Below are positions 46,833 through 57,199 of a stretch of 64,000 bases of DNA, in pieces. The notes under the pieces were generated by a model. It had not been told where the DNA came from, searched no databases, and saw nothing but the letters and a program-made list of their open reading frames with translations. Both the position numbers and the translations under genes were made by a program. How positions within the stretch are numbered: position 1 is the first letter of the stretch; every line of letters begins with the position of its first letter. The stretch comes from Candidatus Gugararchaeum adminiculabundum (GTDB lineage Archaea; Micrarchaeota; Micrarchaeia; Burarchaeales; Gugararchaeaceae): NCBI GenBank assembly GCA_902384795.1, contig CABMDC010000001.1, positions 7,375 through 71,374 on the forward strand. Direction: 5' to 3'.

Positions 46833-48236
46833 ATGGCGGGAATTTCCAGCATAAATGCAGATTACAAAAAGAGGTACGGCTTCAGGGATACTGTAAAGCC
46901 TGTTTTCAGGACTGGCAAGGGACTAAGCAGGGAACTCATCAAGGAAATTTCAGCGATGAAAAACGAGCCCAAATGGATGCGCGAATTCCGCCTCAACTCC
47001 TATGAAATTTTCCTAAAGAAGAATCCGCCCAGCTGGGGCCCTGACCTTTCCCAAGCGAATTTCGAGCACATCACTTACTACTTAAAATCCAGCGACAGGC
47101 CTGAACGGAAATGGGAAGATGTCCCAGAAGGCATTAAGCGCACCTTTGACCGGCTAGGGGTGCCTGAAGCAGAAAAGAAATTCCTTGGAGGAGTTGGCGC
47201 ACAATACGAGAGCGAAACCGTCTACCACCACCTCAAAGAGAGTTTGGAAAAGCAGGGAATAATTTTCTGCAGCACTGACCAGGCGCTCCAGGAGCACGAG
47301 GAAATTTTCCGCGAATGGTTTGGCAAAATCGTTCCTCCCAGTGACAACAAATTCGCAGCCTTGAACAGCGCGGTCTGGAGCGGAGGCTCGTTCATTTACG
47401 TTCCAAAGGGAGTTGAAGTGAAACTTCCACTGCAAGCATATTTCCGCATAAATGAAAGAGCTATGGGGCAATTCGAGCGTACGCTAATCATAGTTGACGA
47501 GGGCGCAAAGGTCCATTACATCGAGGGATGCACAGCGCCCACTTACTCCAGCGATTCGCTCCATGCGGCAGTGGTTGAAATAATTGCAAAAAAGAATTCC
47601 CAGGTGCAATATACAACAATCCAAAACTGGTCCAACAATGTCTACAATCTAGTGACCAAGCGCTCGCACGCTTACGAAAACGCGCGCGTCTACTGGCTGG
47701 ATGGCAACATCGGAAGCAAAGCCACCATGAAATACCCCTCGGTTTATCTGATGGGTGCAGGCGCAAAAGCAGACCTTCTCAGCATAGCATTTGCGAACAA
47801 GGGACAGCACCAGGATGCAGGAGGAAAAGTTTTTCATCTCGCGCCAAATACGAGTTCACGCATAGTTTCCAAATCCATAAGCAAGGGAGGCGGAAGAACC
47901 AGCTATCGCGGGCTAGCGCTGGTGAAGAAAGGCGCAAAGAATTCCACGGTCAGCGTGAAATGTGATGCACTGATGCTTGACAAATTCTCCAGAAGCGACA
48001 CCTATCCCTCAATGAAAATTGATGAGAATGATGCAACAGTTTCCCATGAAGCCAGCGTTGGCAAACTATCCGATGATCAGGTTTTCTATTTGCGCTCCAG
48101 GGGACTGAGCGAAAGCGATGCGCGCTCCATGATAGTGCTCGGGTTCATAGAGGATTTTGTCAAGGAGCTTCCGCTAGAATACGCGGTTGAGCTGAACCGG
48201 CTCGTAAAACTAGAAATGGAAGGGGCAGTGGGCTAA
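46833..48236 (+). CDS. sufB: Fe-S cluster assembly protein SufB
   Basis: [44 protein letters not shown]. Confidence 0.97.
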   Translation: MAGISSINADYKKRYGFRDTVKPVFRTGKGLSRELIKEISAMKNEPKWMREFRLNSYEIFLKKNPPSWGPDLSQANFEHITYYLKSSDRPERKWEDVPEGIKRTFDRLGVPEAEKKFLGGVGAQYESETVYHHLKESLEKQGIIFCSTDQALQEHEEIFREWFGKIVPPSDNKFAALNSAVWSGGSFIYVPKGVEVKLPLQAYFRINERAMGQFERTLIIVDEGAKVHYIEGCTAPTYSSDSLHAAVVEIIAKKNSQVQYTTIQNWSNNVYNLVTKRSHAYENARVYWLDGNIGSKATMKYPSVYLMGAGAKADLLSIAFANKGQHQDAGGKVFHLAPNTSSRIVSKSISKGGGRTSYRGLALVKKGAKNSTVSVKCDALMLDKFSRSDTYPSMKIDENDATVSHEASVGKLSDDQVFYLRSRGLSESDARSMIVLGFIEDFVKELPLEYAVELNRLVKLEMEGAVG

Positions 48237-48251
48237 ACTAAGAGTGAAAAA

Positions 48252-49055
48252 ATGGCAAAGGAAATAAAAATTGCAGAAAATGAAAAGCGCGAAATAGATT
48301 TCTCCGGCAAAAGCGGGGATTTCGCAATCCAGCTGGCGCAGGGAGCGCAAGCAACAATTCTGGATTTGGCGCAAGGCAACTCGCGCAACTTAAGGCAAAA
48401 AATCATTCTGGGCAAAAACAGCAGGCTTACGATGGTTTCAATTCAAAACCAGGGGGCAGATTCGGACTCAAAAACAGAGAGAAAAATAGCGTGCACAGAG
48501 AATTCAGAGGTGCATTTTTTCTCAGCGAATTTAGGCGGCAAAATTTCAGCAGAAGTCCGTGAAATTCATCTTCAGGGAAAGGGCGCCAAATTATTTGACA
48601 ATGAAATTTTCTTTGGCACCATGAACCAACATTTCCAGAACAACACTGCCGTTTTCCACGAAGGCGCAAACACTTTTTCGCGCATCACAGTCAAGGGATT
48701 GCTGGGTGGAGTTTCTTCCGCCGACTACCTGGGTTTGGTAAAGATTGAAAAGAGCGCGCTGAATTCCGACACCTTCCTGGCGCAGCACACGCTCCTATTG
48801 GACACCGGGGCAAAGGCAGAGATGAACCCGAATTTGGAAATCGAGAACAGCGAGATTAAGGCAGGACACTCGGCCTCAGCTTCCAAAATCAGCGAGGATG
48901 ATTTGTTCTATTTGCAATCGCGAGGAATTCCAAAAACCAAGGCAGCGACTCTTCTGGCTTCAGGCTTCCTGGCCCAGGTGATTGAGAAGTTCCCAAAATT
49001 CTCCTCGGAGATCGAATCATTCATGCAAAGAAAATGGGGTGCGAAAAATGTTTGA
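48252..49055 (+). CDS. sufD: Fe-S cluster assembly protein SufD (short)
   Basis: P.LEI....KAGHSA, LFYLQSRGI; operon position. Confidence 0.9.
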   Translation: MAKEIKIAENEKREIDFSGKSGDFAIQLAQGAQATILDLAQGNSRNLRQKIILGKNSRLTMVSIQNQGADSDSKTERKIACTENSEVHFFSANLGGKISAEVREIHLQGKGAKLFDNEIFFGTMNQHFQNNTAVFHEGANTFSRITVKGLLGGVSSADYLGLVKIEKSALNSDTFLAQHTLLLDTGAKAEMNPNLEIENSEIKAGHSASASKISEDDLFYLQSRGIPKTKAATLLASGFLAQVIEKFPKFSSEIESFMQRKWGAKNV

Positions 49056-50277
49056 TGCAAAAAAAATCAGAAAAGATTTCCCGGCACTGCAGAAAAAGGT
49101 GCATGGCAAGCCCCTGGCATTCCTGGACAGCGCAGCAAGTTCCCAGCGCCCGACCCAGGTGCTTGATGCAATGCGCGCCTATTTCGAGGAATACAACGCC
49201 AACGTTCACCGCGGGATTTACGAATACAGCGAAATGGCAACTCAGAAATACGAAGGGGCCAGGCGCAAGATTGCCAAGTTCATCAATTCACCCAGCGAAA
49301 AGGAAATAATTTTCACCAAGAACTGCACCGAGGCAATCAACCTGGTTTCCAATTCCTGGGGTCGCTCCAACATTCACAAGGGCGACACAATCCTCCTTTC
49401 GCAAATGGAGCACCACAGCAATTTAGTCCCCTGGCAAATGCTTGCAAAGGAAAAATCCGCGCGCCTGGAATTCATTCCCCTGGGCGATGATTTCAAGCTA
49501 GACTTACATGAGTACGAAAAGCTGCTGCACCGCCATTCCCCAAAAATAGTCTCATTCACCGGAGTAAGCAATGTGCTCGGAACAATCACCCCTGCAAAGC
49601 AGATTGTGAAAATGGCTCACGACTCCGGAGCAGTTGCAATGGTTGATGGCGCACAATCAGTCCCCCACTTGCCCACTGATGTGCAGCAGCTGGGCGCGGA
49701 TTTCCTAGCATTTTCAGGGCATAAAATGCTGGGCCCAACGGGCATCGGAGTTCTCCATGGAAAGGCGGAAATTCTCAATTCCATGCCCCCGTTCCTAGGC
49801 GGAGGCGACATGATCAAAAACGTCGAGTTCCGCGAAGCAACCTATGCGGACATCCCTTACAAATTCGAGGCAGGTACGCCTCCCATAGCCGAAGTGATCG
49901 GCCTGGGCGCAGCAGTTGACTATCTGCATAAATTGGGAATGCAGCATGTGCGCGAGCATGAGAAAAAGCTGGTGAGATACGCGCTTGAGAAATTCGACGG
50001 GCTAAGCGGCATCACGCTTTATGGCACGCGCGACCTCAGTTCCCGCGGTGGAGTTTTTTCCTTCAATCTAAAAGGAATTCACCCCCATGACCTTGCGAGC
50101 ATACTGGACCAGGAGGGAGTCGCAATTCGCGCAGGGCATTTGTGCGCCCAGCCCCTGGTGCAAAAACTGGGTGCAGTTGCCACAGCGCGCGCGAGTTTTT
50201 ACGTTTACACCTTGGAAGAAGAGATCGACCAGCTGGCGCTGGGATTTCAGAAGGCCCAAAAAGCCTTTGGAGTATAA
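49048..50277 (+). CDS. sufS: Cysteine desulfurase SufS
   Basis: LDSAASSQ, NVHRG, EHHSN, DGAQ, SGHKM, RAGHLCAQP; ATG 49048 overlaps the sufD stop. Confidence 0.96.
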   Translation: MFDAKKIRKDFPALQKKVHGKPLAFLDSAASSQRPTQVLDAMRAYFEEYNANVHRGIYEYSEMATQKYEGARRKIAKFINSPSEKEIIFTKNCTEAINLVSNSWGRSNIHKGDTILLSQMEHHSNLVPWQMLAKEKSARLEFIPLGDDFKLDLHEYEKLLHRHSPKIVSFTGVSNVLGTITPAKQIVKMAHDSGAVAMVDGAQSVPHLPTDVQQLGADFLAFSGHKMLGPTGIGVLHGKAEILNSMPPFLGGGDMIKNVEFREATYADIPYKFEAGTPPIAEVIGLGAAVDYLHKLGMQHVREHEKKLVRYALEKFDGLSGITLYGTRDLSSRGGVFSFNLKGIHPHDLASILDQEGVAIRAGHLCAQPLVQKLGAVATARASFYVYTLEEEIDQLALGFQKAQKAFGV

Positions 50278-50280
50278 TTG

Positions 50281-50694
50281 ATGTCCATGAGTTTTGATTT
50301 GTACCGCGAAATAATCCTCGACCATTACAAAAATCCTAGGAATAAGGGCACGCTTAAGGCGCCTGATGCCAAGTGGCGCGAGAACAATCCGCTCTGCGGA
50401 GATGTGCTGGAAATGCAGTTGAAAATTTCCAAGGACAAAAAGCTGGAAGACATAAAATTTTCCGGAGATGGGTGCGCAATCTCGCTCTCCAGCGCCAGCA
50501 TCCTGACTGAAATGGTGAAAGGCAAACCGCTGGACGAAATTCTGAAAATCGACAAAAAGAAACTGCTCGGAGAGCTGGGCATAGACCCTGGCCCGAGCAG
50601 GATAAAGTGCGCCCTGCTTTCGCTCAAGGTTTTAAAGATGGCCGTCTATTCCTACCTGGGAAAGGAAATAGACAGGGAAACAAAAGACCTATGA
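50281..50694 (+). CDS. sufU: SufU/IscU-type scaffold or sulfur-transfer protein
   Basis: ILDHY.NPRN, NPLCGD, GCAIS, RIKCA. Confidence 0.93.
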   Translation: MSMSFDLYREIILDHYKNPRNKGTLKAPDAKWRENNPLCGDVLEMQLKISKDKKLEDIKFSGDGCAISLSSASILTEMVKGKPLDEILKIDKKKLLGELGIDPGPSRIKCALLSLKVLKMAVYSYLGKEIDRETKDL

Positions 50695-50709
50695 TCAAAG
50701 TTGATTAAC

Positions 50710-51471
50710 ATGGTTGACCAAAAAATCATAGACGCGCACATCAAAAAGGAGCTTTCCAAGGACCGGAAAACCGAGAACGTGGGCTCGCTTTTGCGCCAGA
50801 TAATTCTCGGAGGGCAAGATGGTCTAGTTAATGTTCTGGGCGTGATTTTCGGAGTTGCAGTCGCAACCCAGAACACCAAGGTCGCGATAATCGCGGGCCT
50901 GGCAGCGGCATTCGCAGAATCCATTTCCATGGCAGCGGTCGCCTACACCAGCAGGAAAGCGGAGAAGGACCACTACTTCGCGGAATTCGAGCACGAGCAG
51001 TGGGAAATCAAAAACATGCCTGAAGTTGAGCGCGAGGAAATCAAGGTAATTTACATGCAAAAGGGCTTCCGGGGCAGGCAGCTTGAGGATTTGGTTGACA
51101 AGGTCTGCTCCAATGAGGAAATGTGGCTCGAGGTAATGATGGACGAGGAGCTCGGGCTCGCCGGCCTGGACAAGATAAATCCGGTAAATGAGGGAATAAT
51201 TGTCGGAGTTTCAGCGCTAATCGGCTCCCTAATCCCCCTAATCCCATTCTTCTTCCTTCCAATGCAGCAGGCAATCTTCGGCTCAATCTTGGTTTCAGCA
51301 ATCACCCTCTTTGTGGCAGGCTACGTGAAAGCAAAGCTGACAATCGGAAATCCGATTTATGCCGGGTTCGAGCTGGTTGCAATAGGCATGATTGCGGCAT
51401 TCATAGGCTATGTAATTGGCTATCTGCTAGGGCAATATTTCCTAGGAAACCCGCACGCGCTAGCAGGCTAG
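50710..51471 (+). CDS. VIT1/CCC1 family Fe2+/Mn2+ transporter
   Basis: LGGQDGLV, ISMA, EREEI, EELG, PLIPF. Confidence 0.92.
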   Translation: MVDQKIIDAHIKKELSKDRKTENVGSLLRQIILGGQDGLVNVLGVIFGVAVATQNTKVAIIAGLAAAFAESISMAAVAYTSRKAEKDHYFAEFEHEQWEIKNMPEVEREEIKVIYMQKGFRGRQLEDLVDKVCSNEEMWLEVMMDEELGLAGLDKINPVNEGIIVGVSALIGSLIPLIPFFFLPMQQAIFGSILVSAITLFVAGYVKAKLTIGNPIYAGFELVAIGMIAAFIGYVIGYLLGQYFLGNPHALAG

Positions 51472-51494
51472 GTTTTGGTTAGAATTAGTAGATT

Positions 51495-52934
51495 CTACGC
51501 GCCCTTGCTTCCCCTGATTTTCTTCAGCAGTTTCCCCTCCCGCAAACTCGGCTTGGTCAATTTCTCAGGTGAAAGCAATCGGTTCAGCTCACTCTCGCTC
51601 AAAAGCTTCTCTTCCAAAATTACCTGCTTCAAGCTCTTCCCTTCTTTCAGCGCCTTCTTGATCAGCGCGCTCATTTTCCCATAGCCGAAATAGGGGTTGA
51701 GCGCAGTGCCAATGGTCAAACTATTAGCGAGGTGCTCATCGATTCTTTTTCTATCCGCTTTGATTCCACGGATGCATTTTTCGCTGAACATTTTGCACGT
51801 GTTCGCAAGCAGTTCGCAGTTTGCATTCAGATTATAGGCAATCAGCGGAGTTAGCATGTTCAAATCCAGTTGCCCTCCCATGCTCGCCATGGTCACAGCA
51901 TTGTCATTGGAAATCACCTGAATTCCAACCATCTCAACAGCTTCTGGAATTGATGGATTTATTTTCCCAGGCATTATGGAAGAGCCAGGCTCAACTTCAG
52001 GCAAGATTATTTCTCCAATCGCAGTCTTTGGCCCGCTTGCCAATAATTTCAAATCATTTGCAATTCTCACCAAAGTAATTGCAAGGCACTTCAGCTTGCC
52101 GCTCACAACTACGAACGGATTCATGTTCTGCTCCAACTCAGCCAGGCTCTTCGCAGGCACGAACTTATATCCGCTAATTTTACTCAGTTCACTGGCAACT
52201 GTTTTCACATATTTCGGATGGGTGTTAATCCCTGTTCCAAGAGCGGTTCCGCCAAGCGGAATTTCCAGCATTCCTTCCAGCCCGCACTCAAGCTCTTCGC
52301 AGTCCCTTTCAACTGCCTCTGCCCAGGCCTCGAACTCCTGGCCCAGGGTGATTGGCACGGCATCCTGCAAATGGGTCCTTCCGCTCTTGACAATTTTCGC
52401 AAATTGTTTTGCTTTCACCCTCAGGCCCGCTTCCAATCCTTGCGCCTCTTTCAGCGTTTTCTCAGCCAAGAATAGCGTGCTCAATCTGGTAACAGTCGGA
52501 ATAACATCATTGGTCGATTGGCTCATGTTCGCATGATTATTCGGGTCAATTGTTGCATAGTCCCCGCGCTTCCTGCCCATCAACTCCAGCGCCCTGTTGG
52601 AAATCACTTCATTGGCGCACATGTTGAACGGAGTGCCTGCTCCTGCGGTAAACACATCCAAAACGAATTCCCTGTCATGCTTTCCAGCAGCAACTTCCAG
52701 CCCGGCTTTTTCAATCGTTTTCCCAATTTTCCTATCCAGCAAACCAAGTTTCATATTAGCTCGCGCAGCAGCAACTTTCGCCATTCCCAGCGCCCTGATG
52801 AACTCACGGTTCTCGCTCAGCTTAATTCCTGAAATTTGAAAGTTCTTGCCCGCCCTCACAGTGAAAACCCCATAATAGGCTTCGCTCGGCACATTCACGC
52901 TCCCAAGGAAATCGCTTTCTTTTCTGAACCCCAT
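51495..52934 (-). CDS. aspA: Aspartate ammonia-lyase / class II fumarase family
   Basis: YYGVFT.RA..NF, SQSTND (AspA-like), GRTHLQDA, GSSIMPGKINP. Confidence 0.8.
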   Translation of the reverse strand: MGFRKESDFLGSVNVPSEAYYGVFTVRAGKNFQISGIKLSENREFIRALGMAKVAAARANMKLGLLDRKIGKTIEKAGLEVAAGKHDREFVLDVFTAGAGTPFNMCANEVISNRALELMGRKRGDYATIDPNNHANMSQSTNDVIPTVTRLSTLFLAEKTLKEAQGLEAGLRVKAKQFAKIVKSGRTHLQDAVPITLGQEFEAWAEAVERDCEELECGLEGMLEIPLGGTALGTGINTHPKYVKTVASELSKISGYKFVPAKSLAELEQNMNPFVVVSGKLKCLAITLVRIANDLKLLASGPKTAIGEIILPEVEPGSSIMPGKINPSIPEAVEMVGIQVISNDNAVTMASMGGQLDLNMLTPLIAYNLNANCELLANTCKMFSEKCIRGIKADRKRIDEHLANSLTIGTALNPYFGYGKMSALIKKALKEGKSLKQVILEEKLLSESELNRLLSPEKLTKPSLREGKLLKKIRGSKGA

Positions 52935-52986
52935 GGACAAGGGTAAGGCAACTTAGAATTATTAAGTTTGCCTTGATCCTCTCTGC

Positions 52987-54723
52987 TCAGGGCCCGCTCG
53001 TGTTCAGTCCCCAGCCAAGAGGCGAATCCGACTGCCCCATGAGCACAGCCATCCTCTTGATTGTTTGCCTCGCATAGGGCTCTGGCTCCAGCTTCGGGTT
53101 CTGGGTCTGCAGCTCCATCAGCAGTTCCCCGACTTTTTCTTCCCCCATAAGCTTCACTGCGAGATGATACACGTGCTCCAGCCCTCCCACGGGGGAAATC
53201 AGCTCGCTGTCAGGGAAGTTCGGCTCAAATCCGTTCGTTAGCTTTTCCTGGACCCAACCAGTATTGGAATGAATTTCAGCAAAAACCTTCTTGATCCCGG
53301 CCCTTCTAGCAATCCTTCTTGTTTCCCTCATCATCTCCCCGAATGCTTCTTCCTTCCTGGAAAGCAGCCGCTGTGAAGCGAAGTCCGTGTTCTTCAGGTT
53401 GTCTCTCATCTCCGGAATCGTCTCTATCGCATCCACGCTCAGGAACGGCCTATCCGCAGTGCTCATGGGGCGCAGATGCGCTTTCATAACAAATTCTCCG
53501 TCAATGTATACGTTCAATATGGAGTACATCGGATCAAGCAGCCAGGTGTAAACCGTCCAATGGCTGTTCAACGGCTCCTTCCCTTCCTCCCGCTTGGCCG
53601 GGTTCTTTGCAGTGGAATCGCCGGTCTTGTCCCCCAGCGTCAGGTATGTCTCGTCACGCGGGGCAAGCGCGCATTCTGCCCCCTTTCCTCTTATGTACTG
53701 CAGCCCTTCCATCTCCCTGTTGTTAGGCCTTATGTTTTTCCCCAGGAGCGCGGCTATCTCGTCTGCGTACATGGCAAACACGCTTGGATTCCTGAGTGCC
53801 TCAGCAGCTGGCGTTCCGGTTATTTTTTCCAGCCCTTCCTGGATCCGGACCGAACCGATTTTTTTCTCAATAACCTCCCCAATCTCCAGAACTTTCCTGT
53901 AAATCAGGCTTTCCCTTTTCCTCTGCGCGTCGTCCCCTTCAAGAAGGTGGCCCAGCTTCTTCTGCTGCCTGCTCAGCTCCTTCTTAAGCGCATTAATGTC
54001 CTTTTCGCCCTTTCCATTCATCCCAAGCATGCTGGTAATTTTTCCTATATTCCCCCTTACCTTCCCTACGGCTTCCTCATCTATTTTCACTGGTTCGTCC
54101 TTTATCGCATAAAGCTTTCCAAGCCTGTCCTTCAGAGTTTTTTCCAGCGCATCACAGAGCTCAATGCGTTTTTCCCAAGTCAATTCCGCGCTTAGTTCCC
54201 TCTGCTTCACTCCGGCTTCCTTCAGTATGCTGCCAAGCTTGGAATCAGTGTTCTCGCCAAGCAGCTTCCCTTCCCTTATGCATGCTATCGCCTCATAAAC
54301 CACGTTTTTTGAAAAGGAAACCGTGCCCTCGGTCATCAGCCTTGCAAATACGCTTTCCACTTTTTCCGGGTCATTGAGGTTCATCAGTGCTTTCCAACCG
54401 ACCCCGTCCCACTGGGTTACGTCATTTCCGCTCCCTGAAGCCACGAAATTTTCATAAACAGCCGCCTTTAGGTTCTCCCCTGCCTTTAGCCTTTTCTTGA
54501 TTTCAGCGGCAAGGGCTGTGTTGAACGGTATGTTCTTCTTCAGCGCCTTTGCGTCTATCCCCGGAACCTGGTCAAATCTCCTTTCTTCCAGATTGAATTT
54601 GAAAATCCGGCATTCTTCAAACGGATTTTTGCTTATGACCGCAAGGGGAATCTCCACAACCGAATTCTTTCCACCCGCCGCACCCCGAGCATTTCCATTG
54701 TTAATCTGCTTCATCTCGACCAC
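52987..54723 (-). CDS. Hypothetical 578-aa protein (coiled coil plus possible GNAT-like C-terminal domain)
   Basis: Long ORF; C-terminal LTLGD.TGD.T...WLLDP...LSVDAIE pattern; family uncertain. Confidence 0.6.
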   Translation of the reverse strand: MVEMKQINNGNARGAAGGKNSVVEIPLAVISKNPFEECRIFKFNLEERRFDQVPGIDAKALKKNIPFNTALAAEIKKRLKAGENLKAAVYENFVASGSGNDVTQWDGVGWKALMNLNDPEKVESVFARLMTEGTVSFSKNVVYEAIACIREGKLLGENTDSKLGSILKEAGVKQRELSAELTWEKRIELCDALEKTLKDRLGKLYAIKDEPVKIDEEAVGKVRGNIGKITSMLGMNGKGEKDINALKKELSRQQKKLGHLLEGDDAQRKRESLIYRKVLEIGEVIEKKIGSVRIQEGLEKITGTPAAEALRNPSVFAMYADEIAALLGKNIRPNNREMEGLQYIRGKGAECALAPRDETYLTLGDKTGDSTAKNPAKREEGKEPLNSHWTVYTWLLDPMYSILNVYIDGEFVMKAHLRPMSTADRPFLSVDAIETIPEMRDNLKNTDFASQRLLSRKEEAFGEMMRETRRIARRAGIKKVFAEIHSNTGWVQEKLTNGFEPNFPDSELISPVGGLEHVYHLAVKLMGEEKVGELLMELQTQNPKLEPEPYARQTIKRMAVLMGQSDSPLGWGLNTSGP

Positions 54724-54827
54724 CCACTGTGGTAATTAATACATTTTTACTTTTAAATCCTTCCGTCCAACCTTCCCTGCCCCCAGCGCCCAAAACCTTA
54801 AATTAGCCAGGTGAGTGCTCTACTCCC

Positions 54828-56210
54828 ATGGCTGAAATTGCTGACGTAATAGTGATAGGCGCAGGCCCTGGCGGCTATGCCGCTGCAATCCGCGCAGCCG
54901 AGCTTGGCAGAAAAGTCACTCTCATTGACCGGCGCGGCAAATTGGGCGGAGTCTCGCTCCACCATGGCTGCATTCCCTCCAAAGCTTTGGTGCATGCAAG
55001 CGAAGTCGCCTGGCAGGCAAACCATCTTTCCGAGCTTGGCATCAATTCTCCCAAGCCGAAAATAAATTTCAAAAAAATGCAATCGTGGAAAAACTCCATT
55101 GTTTCCAAGCTGAGCAACGAGATAAAAAAAGCATGCGACAAAAATGGCGTCAACATCCTGGAAGGGACAGCGCGCTTCACCAGTCCCAGCTCGGTTGAAA
55201 TCCAGGGGAAAGCGCGGGGCAAATCAAAAAAACTGCAGTTCAATTACGCCCTAATCGACTGCGGAACAAAAGAGATTTCACATCCGAAAATTCCCATTGA
55301 TGGCACGCTGGTAATCGGCCCGACCCAGGCTGTCGAGCTAACTGCAATTCCCAAGGATTTGGTAATCGTTGGCGCAGGCTACATAGGGGTTGAGCTTGGC
55401 ACTGTTTACGCAAAATTGGGAAGCAGAGTTTCCTTGCTCGCCCGCGCAGGCGTCCTTTCCAACATGGACAAGGAATTGGTTTCCATTGTCCAAAAGCGCC
55501 TAATCCAACTGGGCGTTCGCATCTACGATGGGATTGAAGACGAGCAAATTCAGAAAAAAGCAAGGCGCGCGCTCGTCAAAATAAAGCAAAAAGGAAAAAC
55601 AGTTTCCCTTCCAGCAGACAAAATTCTCATGGCCATTGGCCGAGCTCCGTTTACCAAAGGACTGGGGCTAGAAAACACAAAAGTCAAGCTTGATGAAAAA
55701 GGCTTCATTCAGGTGGATGCGCACCGCCGCACTGCAGACTCCAAAATCTATGCGATTGGCGACATAACCGGCCCGCCACTTCTCGCCTACAAAGCCAGCA
55801 AGGAGGGAATAGTCGCAGCAGAAGCAATCGTTGGCCTGGGAAGCACCTACTCCCCACGCGCAATTCCCTATGCTGTTTTCTGCGACCCGGAACTGGCAAC
55901 AGTGGGCCTGTCAGAATCAGAGGCAAGGGCCAAAGGATTCCAGGTGATTACCGGCAAATGCCAGTTCTCATCCCTTGCCAAAGCACTAACAATTAACCAG
56001 CCAATCGGGTTCGTAAAAGTTATTGCAGAAAGATACACGCGCAAAATTCTCGGAGTGCAAATAGTGGGGCCGGATGCCAGCGATTTAATTTCCGAAGCAG
56101 CGCTCGCGCTTGAAATGAACGCAACGCTGGAAAATATCGCAAATACGATCCACACGCATCCCACTCTTCCTGAGGCGTTGATGGAAGCGTGCAGGGCCGC
56201 GCCAGGTTAA
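54828..56210 (+). CDS. lpdA: Dihydrolipoamide dehydrogenase-like flavoprotein (atypical active site)
   Basis: GAGPGGY, GGVSLHHGCIPSK (first Cys is Ser), GAGYIG, IGD, HTHPTLPE. Confidence 0.8.
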   Translation: MAEIADVIVIGAGPGGYAAAIRAAELGRKVTLIDRRGKLGGVSLHHGCIPSKALVHASEVAWQANHLSELGINSPKPKINFKKMQSWKNSIVSKLSNEIKKACDKNGVNILEGTARFTSPSSVEIQGKARGKSKKLQFNYALIDCGTKEISHPKIPIDGTLVIGPTQAVELTAIPKDLVIVGAGYIGVELGTVYAKLGSRVSLLARAGVLSNMDKELVSIVQKRLIQLGVRIYDGIEDEQIQKKARRALVKIKQKGKTVSLPADKILMAIGRAPFTKGLGLENTKVKLDEKGFIQVDAHRRTADSKIYAIGDITGPPLLAYKASKEGIVAAEAIVGLGSTYSPRAIPYAVFCDPELATVGLSESEARAKGFQVITGKCQFSSLAKALTINQPIGFVKVIAERYTRKILGVQIVGPDASDLISEAALALEMNATLENIANTIHTHPTLPEALMEACRAAPG

Positions 56211-56310
56211 TCGCCAGCCCTCCCGGCAGTCCATTTTAAATAATTCACAGGGCTAACTATCCCCATACATCCAGCCAGTATTCGTCCATCCATCAGTTCG
56301 GTTGATTTTT

Positions 56311-57177
56311 ATGCGAAGCAATTCAGACGGAAGGGTATTTGCCAAGCTTTCAATAATCGGGCCGGACAAGGCCGGGGTAGTGGCAGCAGTGACCAATTTC
56401 CTGTTCTCCCATGCCGGCAATGTCGAGGAAATCTCCCAGCATGTGGTGAACGGATTATTTGGGATGCACCTGGAAGCGAGCTGGAAAAAAGAAGCATTAG
56501 ACCCGGCAAAAGTCAAAGCAGGATTAGTGAAAGTCGGGCAAGAGCTCGCCATGGATGTGCGAATCACCTTTGAAAGCGAGCACAGCAGGAAGCGCATGGC
56601 ACTTTTAGTCACCAAAGAACCGCTCTGCCCGGAAACAATTCTCGCAGAATGGAAAGCAGGCAGATTAAAGGCAGAAATCCCAGTGATTATCGGCAGCGAA
56701 AAGGCGCTCGAGCCCCTGGCAAAGAAATACGGAATCCCGTTCCATCTGGTTGATGATGAAAAGCAGGAAGCGCGGGAAGAGAAAACCCTCAAGCTTCTGG
56801 AAAAATACGAAATAGATTTCCTGGTGCTCGCGCGCTACATGAAAATCCTTTCGCCCAATTTTGTCTGGCGCTATCCCAACCGCATAATCAACATTCACCC
56901 GTCGCTTTTGCCGGCTTTCCCTGGCGCCCGCGCCTATCTGCAGGCTTATGAGCGCGGAGTAAGAATAGTTGGCTGTTCGGCTCATTTCGTTACCATGGAT
57001 CTGGATCAAGGCCCGATAATCTGCCAGGACTGTTTTAAGGCGGAATTCGGCGAGCCATTGGAAGAAATAAAGCGCAAGGGCCAGGAGCTGGAAGCCAAAA
57101 CCCTGCTGGAAGCGGTCAAGCTTTTCCTGGATAATAAGCTGGATGTTTACTGGAACAAAGTCCATTTGAAGAAGTAA
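56311..57177 (+). CDS. purU: Formyltetrahydrofolate deformylase
   Basis: ACT domain (GPDKAGVVA), LARYMKIL, INIHPSLLPAF.GA..Y.QA..RGV, LDQGPII. Confidence 0.92.
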   Translation: MRSNSDGRVFAKLSIIGPDKAGVVAAVTNFLFSHAGNVEEISQHVVNGLFGMHLEASWKKEALDPAKVKAGLVKVGQELAMDVRITFESEHSRKRMALLVTKEPLCPETILAEWKAGRLKAEIPVIIGSEKALEPLAKKYGIPFHLVDDEKQEAREEKTLKLLEKYEIDFLVLARYMKILSPNFVWRYPNRIINIHPSLLPAFPGARAYLQAYERGVRIVGCSAHFVTMDLDQGPIICQDCFKAEFGEPLEEIKRKGQELEAKTLLEAVKLFLDNKLDVYWNKVHLKK

Positions 57178-57199
57178 ATAGGAAATGAAAGGTGACGGC

